From the NCBI GenBank assembly GCA_023267535.1, contig JAHFNC010000004.1, forward strand, positions 3,757-67,756: 64,000 nt of DNA, given 5' to 3'. Of this stretch, positions 55,876 to 64,000 are shown in pieces. The translations under genes were made by a program, and so were the position numbers. The notes under the pieces are model-generated. The model searched no databases and was not told where the DNA came from. It worked only from the letters and a program-made list of their open reading frames with translations. Numbering within the stretch: position 1 is the stretch's first letter; each line of letters starts with the position of its first letter. The stretch comes from a bacterium (GTDB lineage: Bacteria; Patescibacteriota; Minisyncoccia; Phycocordibacterales; UBA5272).

Positions 55876-58037
55876 TTTTGAATTACTAATGGAGACTCTA
55901 TTAATTTTGACTCAATAATATTGTGCTCATACATTTCTCGGCAATCAAATTCAGCTCGTTTACCTTCATTCCATTGACTCACTGGACGAATATAACCCAC
56001 TATTCTTGAATAAACTTCGCATTCATTATTGCAAGTTGGACATAAATGTTTTTCACCATTTATATACCCATGAGAAGGACAGACGCTGAAAGTTGGGGTT
56101 AGCGTAAAGTATGGCAATTTAAAATTCTCACAAATCTTTTTGACAAGCACAGGAACAGATGATGGGTCAGCAACTCTTTCTCCTAAGAAAAGATGCATAA
56201 CTGTTCCACCGGTGTATTTTGTTTGCAAACCATCTTGAATTTCTAAAGTTTCAAAAATATCTTTTGAAAAATTAACTGGTAAATGAGAAGAATTAGTGTA
56301 ATAAGGATTGGCTTTTTTATTATTATAATCGTCTTCATTAGCAACAAGTATGTCAGGGAAAGCTTTTTTGTCATTTAATGCAAAACGATAGGCAGTCCCC
56401 TCTCCTGGTGTTGCTTCTAGATTAAATAAATTATCTGTCTCTTTTTGATATTGCACTAATCTTTCACGCATAAAATCCAATACGTCTGAAGCAAAAGCTC
56501 TCCCTTTTACAGTACCAATATTTTCTCCAAGTAAATTAAGAGAAGCTTCGTTGGTTCCAATCAAGCCAATGGTAGAGAAATGATTTTTCCAATATTCACC
56601 ATAGGACTCTTTTATTTTTCTTAAATAGAATTTTGTATATGGATATAGATTGGCGTTAGTTAATCTTTCTAACATTTTTCTTTTAATCTCCAAGCTTTCT
56701 TTGGCAATATCCATTTGCAAAGCCAGCGAGTCGTAAAATTCTTTTTTAGCTTTTCTTATGTCTTTCGGAAATTTCTTGCTAGCTTTGTAAGCAAGACGTG
56801 GAAGATTTATGGTTACCACACCAACTGAGCCAGTTAAAGCGTTTGCACCAAACAATCCTCCTCCACGCCTATCTAATTCAGCGACGTCTAATCTCAAACG
56901 ACAACACATTGATCTTGTGTCTTCCGGCTTCATATCTGAACTAACAAAATTACTAAAATACGGAATACCATATTTAGCAGTTATTTCCCAAAGACCTTTT
57001 AGGTTAGGATTATTCCATTCAAAATCTTTGGTGACATTCACTGTTGGAATTGGAAAAGTAAAGACTCTACCTGAGGCGTCCCCTTCATACATAACTTCAA
57101 AGAGAGCTTTGTTAAACATGTTCATCTCTCTTTGAAATTCTTTGTATGTTTCAACTTGAGGTTTACCGCCGATAATTACCTTTGTGTCTTTAAAATTTGC
57201 CGAGGGTGTTAAATCAAGAGTGATGTTTGAAAATGGAGTTTGAAATCCAACTCTGGTTGGTACATTCATATTAAAGATGAATTCTTGAAGCCCTTGCTTA
57301 ACCTCATCAAAGGTAAGTCCATCATAACGAATAAACGGTGCAAGAAGTGTATCAAAATTAGAAAAAGCAATGGCGCCAGCTGCCTCACCTTGAAGCGTGT
57401 ACATAAAGTTGACTGCTTGCCCCAAAGCGGTGCGAAAATGCTTAGGAGGGGCAGATTCTACCTTACCAACTACCCCCTTGAACCCTTCAGTAAGTAAATC
57501 CATTAAATCCCAACCAACACAGTAAACAGAAATAAGACCTAAATCGTGAATATGTATATCTGTTTTCTCATAGGCATCTCTTATTTCCTTGGGATATATC
57601 TTATTTAACCAGTAAGTCTTACTAATTTCACCAAAAACATAGTTATTTAACCCTTGCAAGGAATATTCCATGTTACTGTTTTCTTTCACTTGCCAATCAC
57701 TTCTATCCAAATAATTATCAACCATGCCAAGTGACATAGAAGTAGCAAAAGCGCGAAGTTCAGCATGTTGCTTTCTGTATAGAATATAGGCTTTAGCTGT
57801 TTCTTTGTATTGAGAACGCATCAAAACTAACTCCACCACATCTTGAATATCTTCAACAGTTGGCTCGTTTCCGACTATATTTTTGTCCACTATAGAAATA
57901 ACCTTTTTTGATAGTATTTCTGCCTCCTTCGCATCAAATTCTCCAGTAGCTTTACCTGCTTTGACTATTGCTATGGTAATTTTTTTATAGTCAAAGGCTA
58001 CTTTGGCACCATTTCTTTTGATAATGAATTTTGGCAT
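55872..58037 (-). CDS. nrdD: anaerobic ribonucleoside-triphosphate reductase (class III)
   Basis: N-terminal ATP-cone, C-terminal Zn site 'CPSHG...CPTC' and glycyl-radical motif 'RIVGYIRP'. Confidence 0.96.
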   Translation of the reverse strand: MPKFIIKRNGAKVAFDYKKITIAIVKAGKATGEFDAKEAEILSKKVISIVDKNIVGNEPTVEDIQDVVELVLMRSQYKETAKAYILYRKQHAELRAFATSMSLGMVDNYLDRSDWQVKENSNMEYSLQGLNNYVFGEISKTYWLNKIYPKEIRDAYEKTDIHIHDLGLISVYCVGWDLMDLLTEGFKGVVGKVESAPPKHFRTALGQAVNFMYTLQGEAAGAIAFSNFDTLLAPFIRYDGLTFDEVKQGLQEFIFNMNVPTRVGFQTPFSNITLDLTPSANFKDTKVIIGGKPQVETYKEFQREMNMFNKALFEVMYEGDASGRVFTFPIPTVNVTKDFEWNNPNLKGLWEITAKYGIPYFSNFVSSDMKPEDTRSMCCRLRLDVAELDRRGGGLFGANALTGSVGVVTINLPRLAYKASKKFPKDIRKAKKEFYDSLALQMDIAKESLEIKRKMLERLTNANLYPYTKFYLRKIKESYGEYWKNHFSTIGLIGTNEASLNLLGENIGTVKGRAFASDVLDFMRERLVQYQKETDNLFNLEATPGEGTAYRFALNDKKAFPDILVANEDDYNNKKANPYYTNSSHLPVNFSKDIFETLEIQDGLQTKYTGGTVMHLFLGERVADPSSVPVLVKKICENFKLPYFTLTPTFSVCPSHGYINGEKHLCPTCNNECEVYSRIVGYIRPVSQWNEGKRAEFDCREMYEHNIIESKLIESPLVIQK

Positions 58038-58078
58038 ATTTTTGTGGTTTTTTGTTAATTTTGGTGGTTAATATTTTC

Positions 58079-58185
58079 ATCTTAAGCCCTGTTGATAAGA
58101 TGCGCAATAGAACAACTGTGGATATAAAAAGTCCTTATTTTACAAGGTTTTTTTGGAAAATAAAATATTTTAGTTATCCACAGTT
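58079..58185 (-). promoter_or_regulatory. nrdD promoter region with three DnaA-box-like elements and the 20-mer shared with lexA
   Basis: On the minus strand: TTGCGC (58107-58102), 17 nt, TAAGAT (58084-58079). TTATCAACA (58098-58090) sits in the spacer. ATATCCACA at 58125-58117. TTATCCACA on the plus strand at 58174-58182. 58104-58123 is the exact reverse complement of 20281-20300. Confidence 0.55.
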
Positions 58186-58385
58186 CCGTTTTTAAAATGA
58201 TTGTGTTTTAGCAAAAATTGTAAATCTCTTTTTCCATATTTTTGATTGAATTTTTATAAAAAAATAATTTAATTTTTAAAATTATAAATTTATATATGCA
58301 AATGATTCGCATTTGTATCGACACTAGACTTTATTTCAAAAAAAAGTTAGATTAATTAAAGTTTAGTTCTTATGAGGTCATTCCA

Positions 58386-58880
58386 ATGACACAACTGATT
58401 ACAAAAATAAACATTGCTCATCTAGCGTCGCTTGCAAAAATTCCCAAAAAAGAATTACCAATTTCTTCACTCAAGAATAAATCAGCTCCCCTTCCATTTG
58501 ACGCAGAAAAAAGAGAGTCTGTCATCCGTGCACTTTTTCGTGTAAGAAATTTTTGCACTGAAGAGTTAGGAAGAGGAACTTTAATCTTTAATGAAAAAAT
58601 GTTGAACATCGGACTGCAATTCGCAAATTTATCACTTCATCATCTCAAACAAAACCAAAATGAGGATGATATTCTTCTTGAAAATTTTTTGGATGAATAT
58701 AAATACATACTTAAGAACTTGCGAATGATTGATGTGGAAAAAGTAAGTGACGCTATCCCCTTCTGGAAAACAGGTGCGAGCCGCGCAGAATTTAGGCGCA
58801 GCGCAAATGTTTCTGTTGGCGGTAAAGCACATCCGACTTTTCTTCTTTTTCTTTTACCACGCACATTACAAGAGCTGTAA
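58386..58880 (+). CDS. hypothetical protein (164 aa)
   Basis: ORF with a downstream terminator. No motif. Confidence 0.4.
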   Translation: MTQLITKINIAHLASLAKIPKKELPISSLKNKSAPLPFDAEKRESVIRALFRVRNFCTEELGRGTLIFNEKMLNIGLQFANLSLHHLKQNQNEDDILLENFLDEYKYILKNLRMIDVEKVSDAIPFWKTGASRAEFRRSANVSVGGKAHPTFLLFLLPRTLQEL

Positions 58881-58884
58881 AACT

Positions 58885-58908
58885 AAACGCGACAACAAGT
58901 CGCGTTTT
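58885..58908. terminator. bidirectional Rho-independent terminator
   Basis: AAACGCGAC-aacaa-GTCGCGTTT followed by a T-run. Confidence 0.7.
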
Positions 58909-58913
58909 ATTTT

Positions 58914-61900
58914 TTATATAATCTCATTAATCAAATCATCTTCAAAAGCAATTATCCCCTTATAACTCTTATCATAATTAGAAACATCTGGAAAATCTAA
59001 GTTTACTATTTTTTTGTATACGGCTTCTATTAATTTCTTTACTCTCTCTATTTCTGCTTCATTTATATCTAATGGTAATTCAATTATTTTTCCTTCATCA
59101 TTTTCTTCTACAAATTGTAGACTTAAATTTTTTACTGAAAACTTGTTGTAAGAAGAGCTGTTTTCTAAAAGAAGTTTATATATAATTAATTGTTGTCGAT
59201 ATTTATGTAATTTTATTTTTGTGTCATCATCTTTTCCTTCCCAAGAGGAAAAAGATTTTCCTGTTTTAAAATCTATAACTTCATAGAAATTATTAACTAC
59301 TCGTAAAAAATCTATCTTACCCGTCAAATGAGCACTGTTAATAATTACTCCTTCACTCTTCATATCAACTTCTATTTTGTCATCGTCTTTAAAAGATTTA
59401 ATTTTTTCATCATAATATTTTTTAAGAACAATTTCTCCCCTATCTTTCATAAACTTATAATCAGAAATATTTAATCTGGAACGCGATAATATAAAATCAA
59501 ATTTAGATAAAATGTGTGAGAGTTTTGGTTTCTCACCAGCGTTGTATTTTGGGTACACAATCATTTCTTCTATCGCTTTGTGTATTGCTGAGCCATAAGC
59601 ACCTGAGGCGTTCATCGGCTGTGGAAAATGAAGTAAATTTTGTTCAACAAAAAATATTGGTCCACCATTTTTAATATCTAAAAAATTATTCAAATGCGTT
59701 ACTGGCATTTTATAGTTCTCTACAAGTTTGGATAACATTGCCCATTCGTCTTCTTTTATTTTATTTACTCCTATTCCTAAAATACTTTCGTGGTCTTCTT
59801 CGCTTATTTCTAAAGACTTAGCATCAACCTCTTTAATTAAATCTTGCGGTAAGTAACGCAACATCTCTTCATGACCACTTATGTGTAGTGTATGTTTAGC
59901 ACGAGTAATAGCCACGAAAAACAATCTAATAAAATCATCTTCTTCGTCTCCAGCTGGATTTATTAATTGAGAAAGAGCTGATGGAATCGGTGCTTTGTTG
60001 ACCATGTTTCCCCTTGTCCAAGGTTTATCATGAGCATTTATAATAAACACTTCTTCAAACTCAAGACCCTTAGCAGCATGAGCGGTCATTAATTGTATTG
60101 AAAATTTATTTCTAGTAAATAATGATTCACTGATAAGAGGAATGTTATTATCTTTATGCATCTTAACAAATTGCGTCACATCGGAAGCTGTAATTGTCTC
60201 TCCTTTCTTCCACTCACGCAGAGCGTCAATAAAAGTCTTAAGTGAAGCCAAAAAATAAACATAAGTAGCTGGAGTGTTTTTTAATTTTTCTTTTGAGAAA
60301 TAAAATTCCTTGAAATTACTTTTCTCTATAAACTTTTCAATCAAATTTTCAAGTGGCAAACTTTTAGCCTCCACAGATAAATCAGTAAGAAGTTCATAAA
60401 TTTTGTGTAATTTTTCATCCTCTGATATTTTGAGAGCTTCTATCCAAGATATATTTTTTGTCTTAGCGTTTACAGCAACATTAAAAATTTCTTTATGACT
60501 TAAATTTAAAAATTTATAAGATAAAATCTCTGGTAACAGATAATCTTTATTATTTTCGTAATTTAAAACCGAAGACACATATTCACAAACAATAATGAGT
60601 TGTCTTATATGTTCTTCATCAAAAACATTCGCCTTCTTAATGTATTCATAAGGAATAGACAATTTATCAAGATACGGAAGTATAGCTTGTAAATCTTTAT
60701 GATTACGAGAAAGAATGGCTATTTCTTTTGGATCTACTCCATCATCCAATACTTTTTTTATTTTTCTAGAAACATCAGAATATTCTTCTACCTTAGAATT
60801 ATATTTAATGATTTCTATTTTCCCGTTTGGTAGATTTTTATTTTCTGATTTTAGTTCTTTAACAATATCCTCAAATCTATTTTCCAATCTAATTTTCCCT
60901 TTGGTGATTATTTGTCTGGCAAAAGAAACAACATCTTTAGTAGAGCGATAATTTTTATCAAGCACTATTGTCTGAACATCTTTATAAGTCTTTTCTCTAA
61001 ATTCCATAATATGAGACACTTCGGCTCCTTGGAATTTATAAATTGCTTGATCGTCATCTCCCACAACACAAACATTGGGATGCCCCTCATGAATCGGGCT
61101 TGAAGTGATGGCTTTAACTAAACTCATCTGAGCAAGATTAGTATCTTGAAATTCATCAATCATAATATATTGGTATTGTTCTTCAAGTTCGTTTCTTAAA
61201 ACATTTTTATTACGCAATATATGAGCCACTTCAATAATGGTGTCATCGTAATCATAAAGACCCAGCTCATGCATTTTGTTTTCATACAATTCGTAAATTT
61301 CAGCTACTGCTAAAATTTTATCGTAATTGTAACTCTCTTTTAAAATTGGAGTACTTTCATCAACCGCTAAATATTTCTTCTTGAAATCCGCTATCGGCTC
61401 AGTCTTTCCAATTACAAAAGATTCTTCGACGGCATTTTTTAAGGCTAGAGAAATAAATTTACTGGTTGTGGTCTTTAATTTATCTAGTGAAGAAATAATG
61501 TTATTAAAAACTTCTAACTTCTTTACATTTAATCTTTCTACTGGCCATAAAGCAAAAACTTCATTTATATCTTTATAATCTTCTTTGATAGAAGTGACTA
61601 TCGTTTTATATTCTTCCGGAGTGTATCCACCGGATTTTATGTGTTTTATTCTGTCTGTCACATCTTTTAAATAAGCAAACCCAAGTTCTGGATGTTTAGC
61701 ACTTAGCGGATGTTTATGTAGAAGGGACTTAAAAATTTCTGTAATTATTTCGGCACGAGTAATATCATTTGCTTGAGAAAAATTTGTAGCGTTGTAAAAA
61801 TATTCTGGGTATCGTCCAATAACGTAATTACAAAAAGCGTGGAAGGTAAAAATATTAACCCTAAAGGCATCTTCCTTTATCAAAGAAGATAATCTTTCTC

Positions 61901-62168
61901 GCATATTAATAGCTCCGTTTTCTGTAAAGGTTAAGCACAAAATGTTTGATGGTGTAGCCAAGCCTAATTTCAAGATGTTAGCGACACGAAGTGATAAAAG
62001 CTCTGTCTTTCCACTCCCCGGCCCAGCGATTACCATTACAGGACCATCAGTTGTATCTACAGCAAGCTTCTGCTCTTTATTTAATTTCTGATAACGAGAT
62101 TCAAATTCTGCATTCTTTGATTTTGATTCATTATTTATTCTCATACTTAGAAAGTGCCTCCTTAGCAT
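58914..62168 (-). CDS. UvrD/PcrA-type helicase fused to a C-terminal RecB-family nuclease (AddA-like)
   Basis: 'IAGPGSGKTE', 'MIDEFQDTN', 'VGDDDQAIYKFQGA' and 'NYRS'. C-terminal 'GKIDF...VIDFKTGK...YRQQLIIYKLL'. The start may be ATG 62144. Confidence 0.88.
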   Translation of the reverse strand: MLRRHFLSMRINNESKSKNAEFESRYQKLNKEQKLAVDTTDGPVMVIAGPGSGKTELLSLRVANILKLGLATPSNILCLTFTENGAINMRERLSSLIKEDAFRVNIFTFHAFCNYVIGRYPEYFYNATNFSQANDITRAEIITEIFKSLLHKHPLSAKHPELGFAYLKDVTDRIKHIKSGGYTPEEYKTIVTSIKEDYKDINEVFALWPVERLNVKKLEVFNNIISSLDKLKTTTSKFISLALKNAVEESFVIGKTEPIADFKKKYLAVDESTPILKESYNYDKILAVAEIYELYENKMHELGLYDYDDTIIEVAHILRNKNVLRNELEEQYQYIMIDEFQDTNLAQMSLVKAITSSPIHEGHPNVCVVGDDDQAIYKFQGAEVSHIMEFREKTYKDVQTIVLDKNYRSTKDVVSFARQIITKGKIRLENRFEDIVKELKSENKNLPNGKIEIIKYNSKVEEYSDVSRKIKKVLDDGVDPKEIAILSRNHKDLQAILPYLDKLSIPYEYIKKANVFDEEHIRQLIIVCEYVSSVLNYENNKDYLLPEILSYKFLNLSHKEIFNVAVNAKTKNISWIEALKISEDEKLHKIYELLTDLSVEAKSLPLENLIEKFIEKSNFKEFYFSKEKLKNTPATYVYFLASLKTFIDALREWKKGETITASDVTQFVKMHKDNNIPLISESLFTRNKFSIQLMTAHAAKGLEFEEVFIINAHDKPWTRGNMVNKAPIPSALSQLINPAGDEEDDFIRLFFVAITRAKHTLHISGHEEMLRYLPQDLIKEVDAKSLEISEEDHESILGIGVNKIKEDEWAMLSKLVENYKMPVTHLNNFLDIKNGGPIFFVEQNLLHFPQPMNASGAYGSAIHKAIEEMIVYPKYNAGEKPKLSHILSKFDFILSRSRLNISDYKFMKDRGEIVLKKYYDEKIKSFKDDDKIEVDMKSEGVIINSAHLTGKIDFLRVVNNFYEVIDFKTGKSFSSWEGKDDDTKIKLHKYRQQLIIYKLLLENSSSYNKFSVKNLSLQFVEENDEGKIIELPLDINEAEIERVKKLIEAVYKKIVNLDFPDVSNYDKSYKGIIAFEDDLINEII

Positions 62169-62739
62169 CCGTCAAAGCTTTTGAATATTTCAAAACAAGA
62201 GAGTGGTCGTTACCTAATCTTTCCTTAAACAAAGATAAAAGTTCTTCATAAAACCAAGAAACCTTATCTAAATTGCCAACCGCTCTTTTAAAAACATTGT
62301 GATTATTTTCTTCTAAATCATAAATTAAACTACCGAGGTTATGAGTTTTATCAGCTACACTTATAAGAATACTTTTATCATTAGCGTTACGAAGAGTTTC
62401 TAGATATGCTTTCTTTCTATCCATCCAAGGCATTTGCATATCATCTGGTAAATTGGCATCTAGTGGCTCAGTCACTCCTTTTACAAGTAGGGCTACAGTT
62501 TCTCCGCAATCTTTTTTTAAATCTTCATAAGAATAATCTGGCACATCTTCCAATGCGTCATGCATAATCCCAGCGATTAAAATATCTTCATCATCTGTTA
62601 TTTCACTCAATAAAATCATGGTCGAAACTAAGTGGGAGATATACGGTGTTCTGACAAAGTCTTTACGTATTTGGTTTTGATGTAGTCTGGATGATAAATT
62701 TATTGCGTATTGTAAGCGAGTTGTAAGATTCATATTCAA
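62131..62739 (-). CDS. HD-domain (p)ppGpp hydrolase-like protein (SpoT/RelA HD family)
   Basis: 'LHQNQIRKDFVRTPYISHL' and 'AGIMHDALEDV'. Confidence 0.8.
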   Translation of the reverse strand: MNMNLTTRLQYAINLSSRLHQNQIRKDFVRTPYISHLVSTMILLSEITDDEDILIAGIMHDALEDVPDYSYEDLKKDCGETVALLVKGVTEPLDANLPDDMQMPWMDRKKAYLETLRNANDKSILISVADKTHNLGSLIYDLEENNHNVFKRAVGNLDKVSWFYEELLSLFKERLGNDHSLVLKYSKALTDAKEALSKYENK

Positions 62740-62756
62740 TGATTATAGCAAGAAAT

Positions 62757-62783
62757 CAAAAGCGCGCCTAAGGCGCGCTTTTA
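62757..62783 (-). terminator. Rho-independent terminator
   Basis: AAAAGCGCGCC-taa-GGCGCGCTTTT. Confidence 0.75.
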
Positions 62784-62784
62784 G

Positions 62785-62850
62785 CTATTTTTCTACAACC
62801 TTCTTTGGTTTCTTTTTTTCTTTTCTTTCTCTGTGATTTCCTTTTGCCAT
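62785..62850 (-). CDS. possible 21-aa lysine-rich micro-ORF
   Basis: Hand translation gives MAKGNHRERKEKKKPKKVVEK*. Its stop abuts the strong terminator. No clear RBS. Confidence 0.25.
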   Translation of the reverse strand: MAKGNHRERKEKKKPKKVVEK

Positions 62851-62918
62851 ATTTTTTATTTGGTTATATTTTAAGTATAGCTAAATTAAAAAAGTAAAGA
62901 AGTGGACAACGTATAAAG

Positions 62919-63278
62919 TTAATTTTTGCCACATAATTTAGATAATCTTCTTCCGGACGTAATGGCTTCTTCTTCATTGTTAAAATAAATTCTATTTTCC
63001 TCTTTTATTCTGTCAGCAGCACTACACCAAGAAAATGTGTAGGTAGCTCCATTTTTGCTGGCAAAAATCTTTTGGTTTTCACTTAGGTTAGCGCTAATTT
63101 CTCCTATATTTTCTAGGTATTTTAAATCTTTTTTATGAATATTGTTTTCATAGTAAATAAATATAGAAAAACCAAAAAAAGTTATGGTAACTACGCTGAT
63201 TATTACCAAATCAAATAAATGTAGTCTACTGTTGATTTTTTTAAGATATTCTTGTATAATACTACTCATTAATTTCAT
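62919..63278 (-). CDS. membrane-anchored protein with C-terminal Ada-like metal-binding ('sunset') domain
   Basis: TM helix, then 'YTFSWCSAADRIKEENRIYFNNEEEAITSGRRLSKLC', which fits 'YH..C....I...N...F.s..eA...G.....C'. Confidence 0.5.
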   Translation of the reverse strand: MKLMSSIIQEYLKKINSRLHLFDLVIISVVTITFFGFSIFIYYENNIHKKDLKYLENIGEISANLSENQKIFASKNGATYTFSWCSAADRIKEENRIYFNNEEEAITSGRRLSKLCGKN

Positions 63279-63294
63279 TTAATTATTATAAACT

Positions 63295-63570
63295 ATGGCA
63301 ACAAGAAAAGCCGCTGGTTCGGCAAAAAACCTAAAAGATAGTAAGCCAAAATACCTAGGTACAAAGCTCTACGCTGGAGAAACTGCAATGGCTGGTAATA
63401 TTATCGTTCGTCAAAGAGGAACAAAAATAATGGCCGGCAAAAATGTTGGTGTTGGAAAAGATCACACTCTTTACGCACTAAAGACAGGTAAAATTAAATT
63501 CACTGAAAAAAGAAAAGTTGGATTTGATGGATCTTGGAAGAAAAAGAAAGTAGCAAACATTGAGCTATAA
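63295..63570 (+). CDS. rpmA: 50S ribosomal protein L27
   Basis: '[22 protein letters not shown]....[26 protein letters not shown]'. Confidence 0.95.
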   Translation: MATRKAAGSAKNLKDSKPKYLGTKLYAGETAMAGNIIVRQRGTKIMAGKNVGVGKDHTLYALKTGKIKFTEKRKVGFDGSWKKKKVANIEL

Positions 63571-63606
63571 AATTAAAACTCACCATTATAATGGTGAGTT
63601 TTAATT
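63571..63606. terminator. bidirectional terminator, 16-bp perfect stem
   Basis: AATTAAAACTCACCAT-tata-ATGGTGAGTTTTAATT between the convergent rpmA and rhodanese genes. Confidence 0.75.
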
Positions 63607-63849
63607 TATGTCTTTTAATCCTCCTAAATTTTTTGCATTCACGTACCCTAAGCCCTTTAAAATTTTTGTAGCTACCCCTGCTCTTCCACCCGCCATACAA
63701 TAACAGCCAATATCTTCGTCTTTTTTAATTTTGGAAATTTCTCCCAAGTCTCCTTTTATAATTTGCTCTATTGGAATATTTATTGCTCCTTCTGCATGTT
63801 TACTTTTATATTCCTCTTTTGTTCTGACGTCAATTAAAATTTGGCTCAT
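63601..63849 (-). CDS. single-domain rhodanese-like sulfurtransferase
   Basis: 'LIDVRTKEEY' and the active-site loop 'CYCMAGGRAG'. Confidence 0.85.
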   Translation of the reverse strand: MSQILIDVRTKEEYKSKHAEGAINIPIEQIIKGDLGEISKIKKDEDIGCYCMAGGRAGVATKILKGLGYVNAKNLGGLKDIN

Positions 63850-63850
63850 A

Positions 63851-64000
63851 TTATTTTATATTTATGAACACTTCTCCGATCTTGTCACCTTGTTTTATTT
63901 TAACTTTATGAAGACCTAGATTCTTTATCTGTCCTCCTATAATTATTTGCTTTGGATCAACAGATAATTTTGTGGAATTAAAAATAGCGTCTACTATATC
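63851..64000 (-). CDS. 3' end of an unidentified ORF running off the window
   Basis: Open frame ending '...IIIGGQIKNLGLHKVKIKQGDKIGEVFINIK*'. The stop lies 1 nt before the rhodanese ATG. Confidence 0.35.
   Translation of the reverse strand, partial: DIVDAIFNSTKLSVDPKQIIIGGQIKNLGLHKVKIKQGDKIGEVFINIK

Noticed and set aside
58090-58300. oriC (DnaA boxes plus an AT-rich tract).
   Set aside because: There is no dnaA or dnaN nearby. Only three boxes are present, and two of them sit inside a recognisable nrdD promoter. The genes to the right mostly point toward the site. I kept it only as a low-priority check.
1-64000. CRISPR arrays, rRNA genes, IS elements, integrases, and additional tRNAs.
   Set aside because: I found no regularly spaced direct repeats, no transposase or integrase-like ORFs, and no further GTTCGA(A/G)TC-type T-arm signatures beyond tRNA-Gln. 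This was a visual scan only, so small elements could have been missed.

Overview
Everything here was read by eye from the sequence and the supplied ORF track; no searches were run. The window looks like a low-GC, tightly packed bacterial chromosome using the standard genetic code (TGA terminates hsdM). Shortened aaRS genes, a membrane-anchored SNase, a Gmad2-like protein, a small T4SS-pilin-like protein and a minimal NifS/NifU pair suggest a Patescibacteria/CPR-like organism, but that is inference only.

The left 11.5 kb is an AT-richer defence island next to tRNA-Gln(UUG). It holds two systems:
- A type I R-M operon, hsdM-X-hsdS-hsdR, where X is a translationally coupled PIN-like (DUF4935-type) gene.
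- A convergent three-gene operon of a HEPN-like protein, a DUF1837/HamA-like nuclease and a HamB-like SF2 helicase, i.e. Hachiman with an extra gene.

These two modules are the best candidates for something undescribed.

The rest is mostly housekeeping:
- Replication and repair: rmuC, recR, a lexA promoter with a GAAC-N4-GTTC SOS box, and a decayed Y-family polymerase.
- Translation: rplU, ychF, alaS, infA-rpmJ-rpsM-rpsK-rpsD-rpoA-rplQ-rplM-rpsI, trpS, aspS, gltX and rpmA.
- Chaperones: grpE-dnaK and dnaJ, split by an opposite-strand degenerate RNB-like gene.
- Chromosome and cell wall: scpAB, dac-mraY-ftsW-murG and an M23 peptidase.
- One operon, nrdD-nrdG-nifS-nifU-FNR-like, possibly continuing into a Cas4-like nuclease.
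- A UvrD-nuclease fusion and an HD hydrolase.

Other points of interest:
- An orphan ParB-like protein.
- A candidate SRA-HNH type IV restriction enzyme.
- An exact 20-nt promoter module shared by lexA and nrdD that contains DnaA-box-like TTATCCACA.
- A GC-rich structured spacer co-transcribed with the tRNA.
- A 300-nt intergenic region of nested inverted and direct repeats at a convergent strand switch.

I saw no CRISPR array, rRNA, transposase or integrase.
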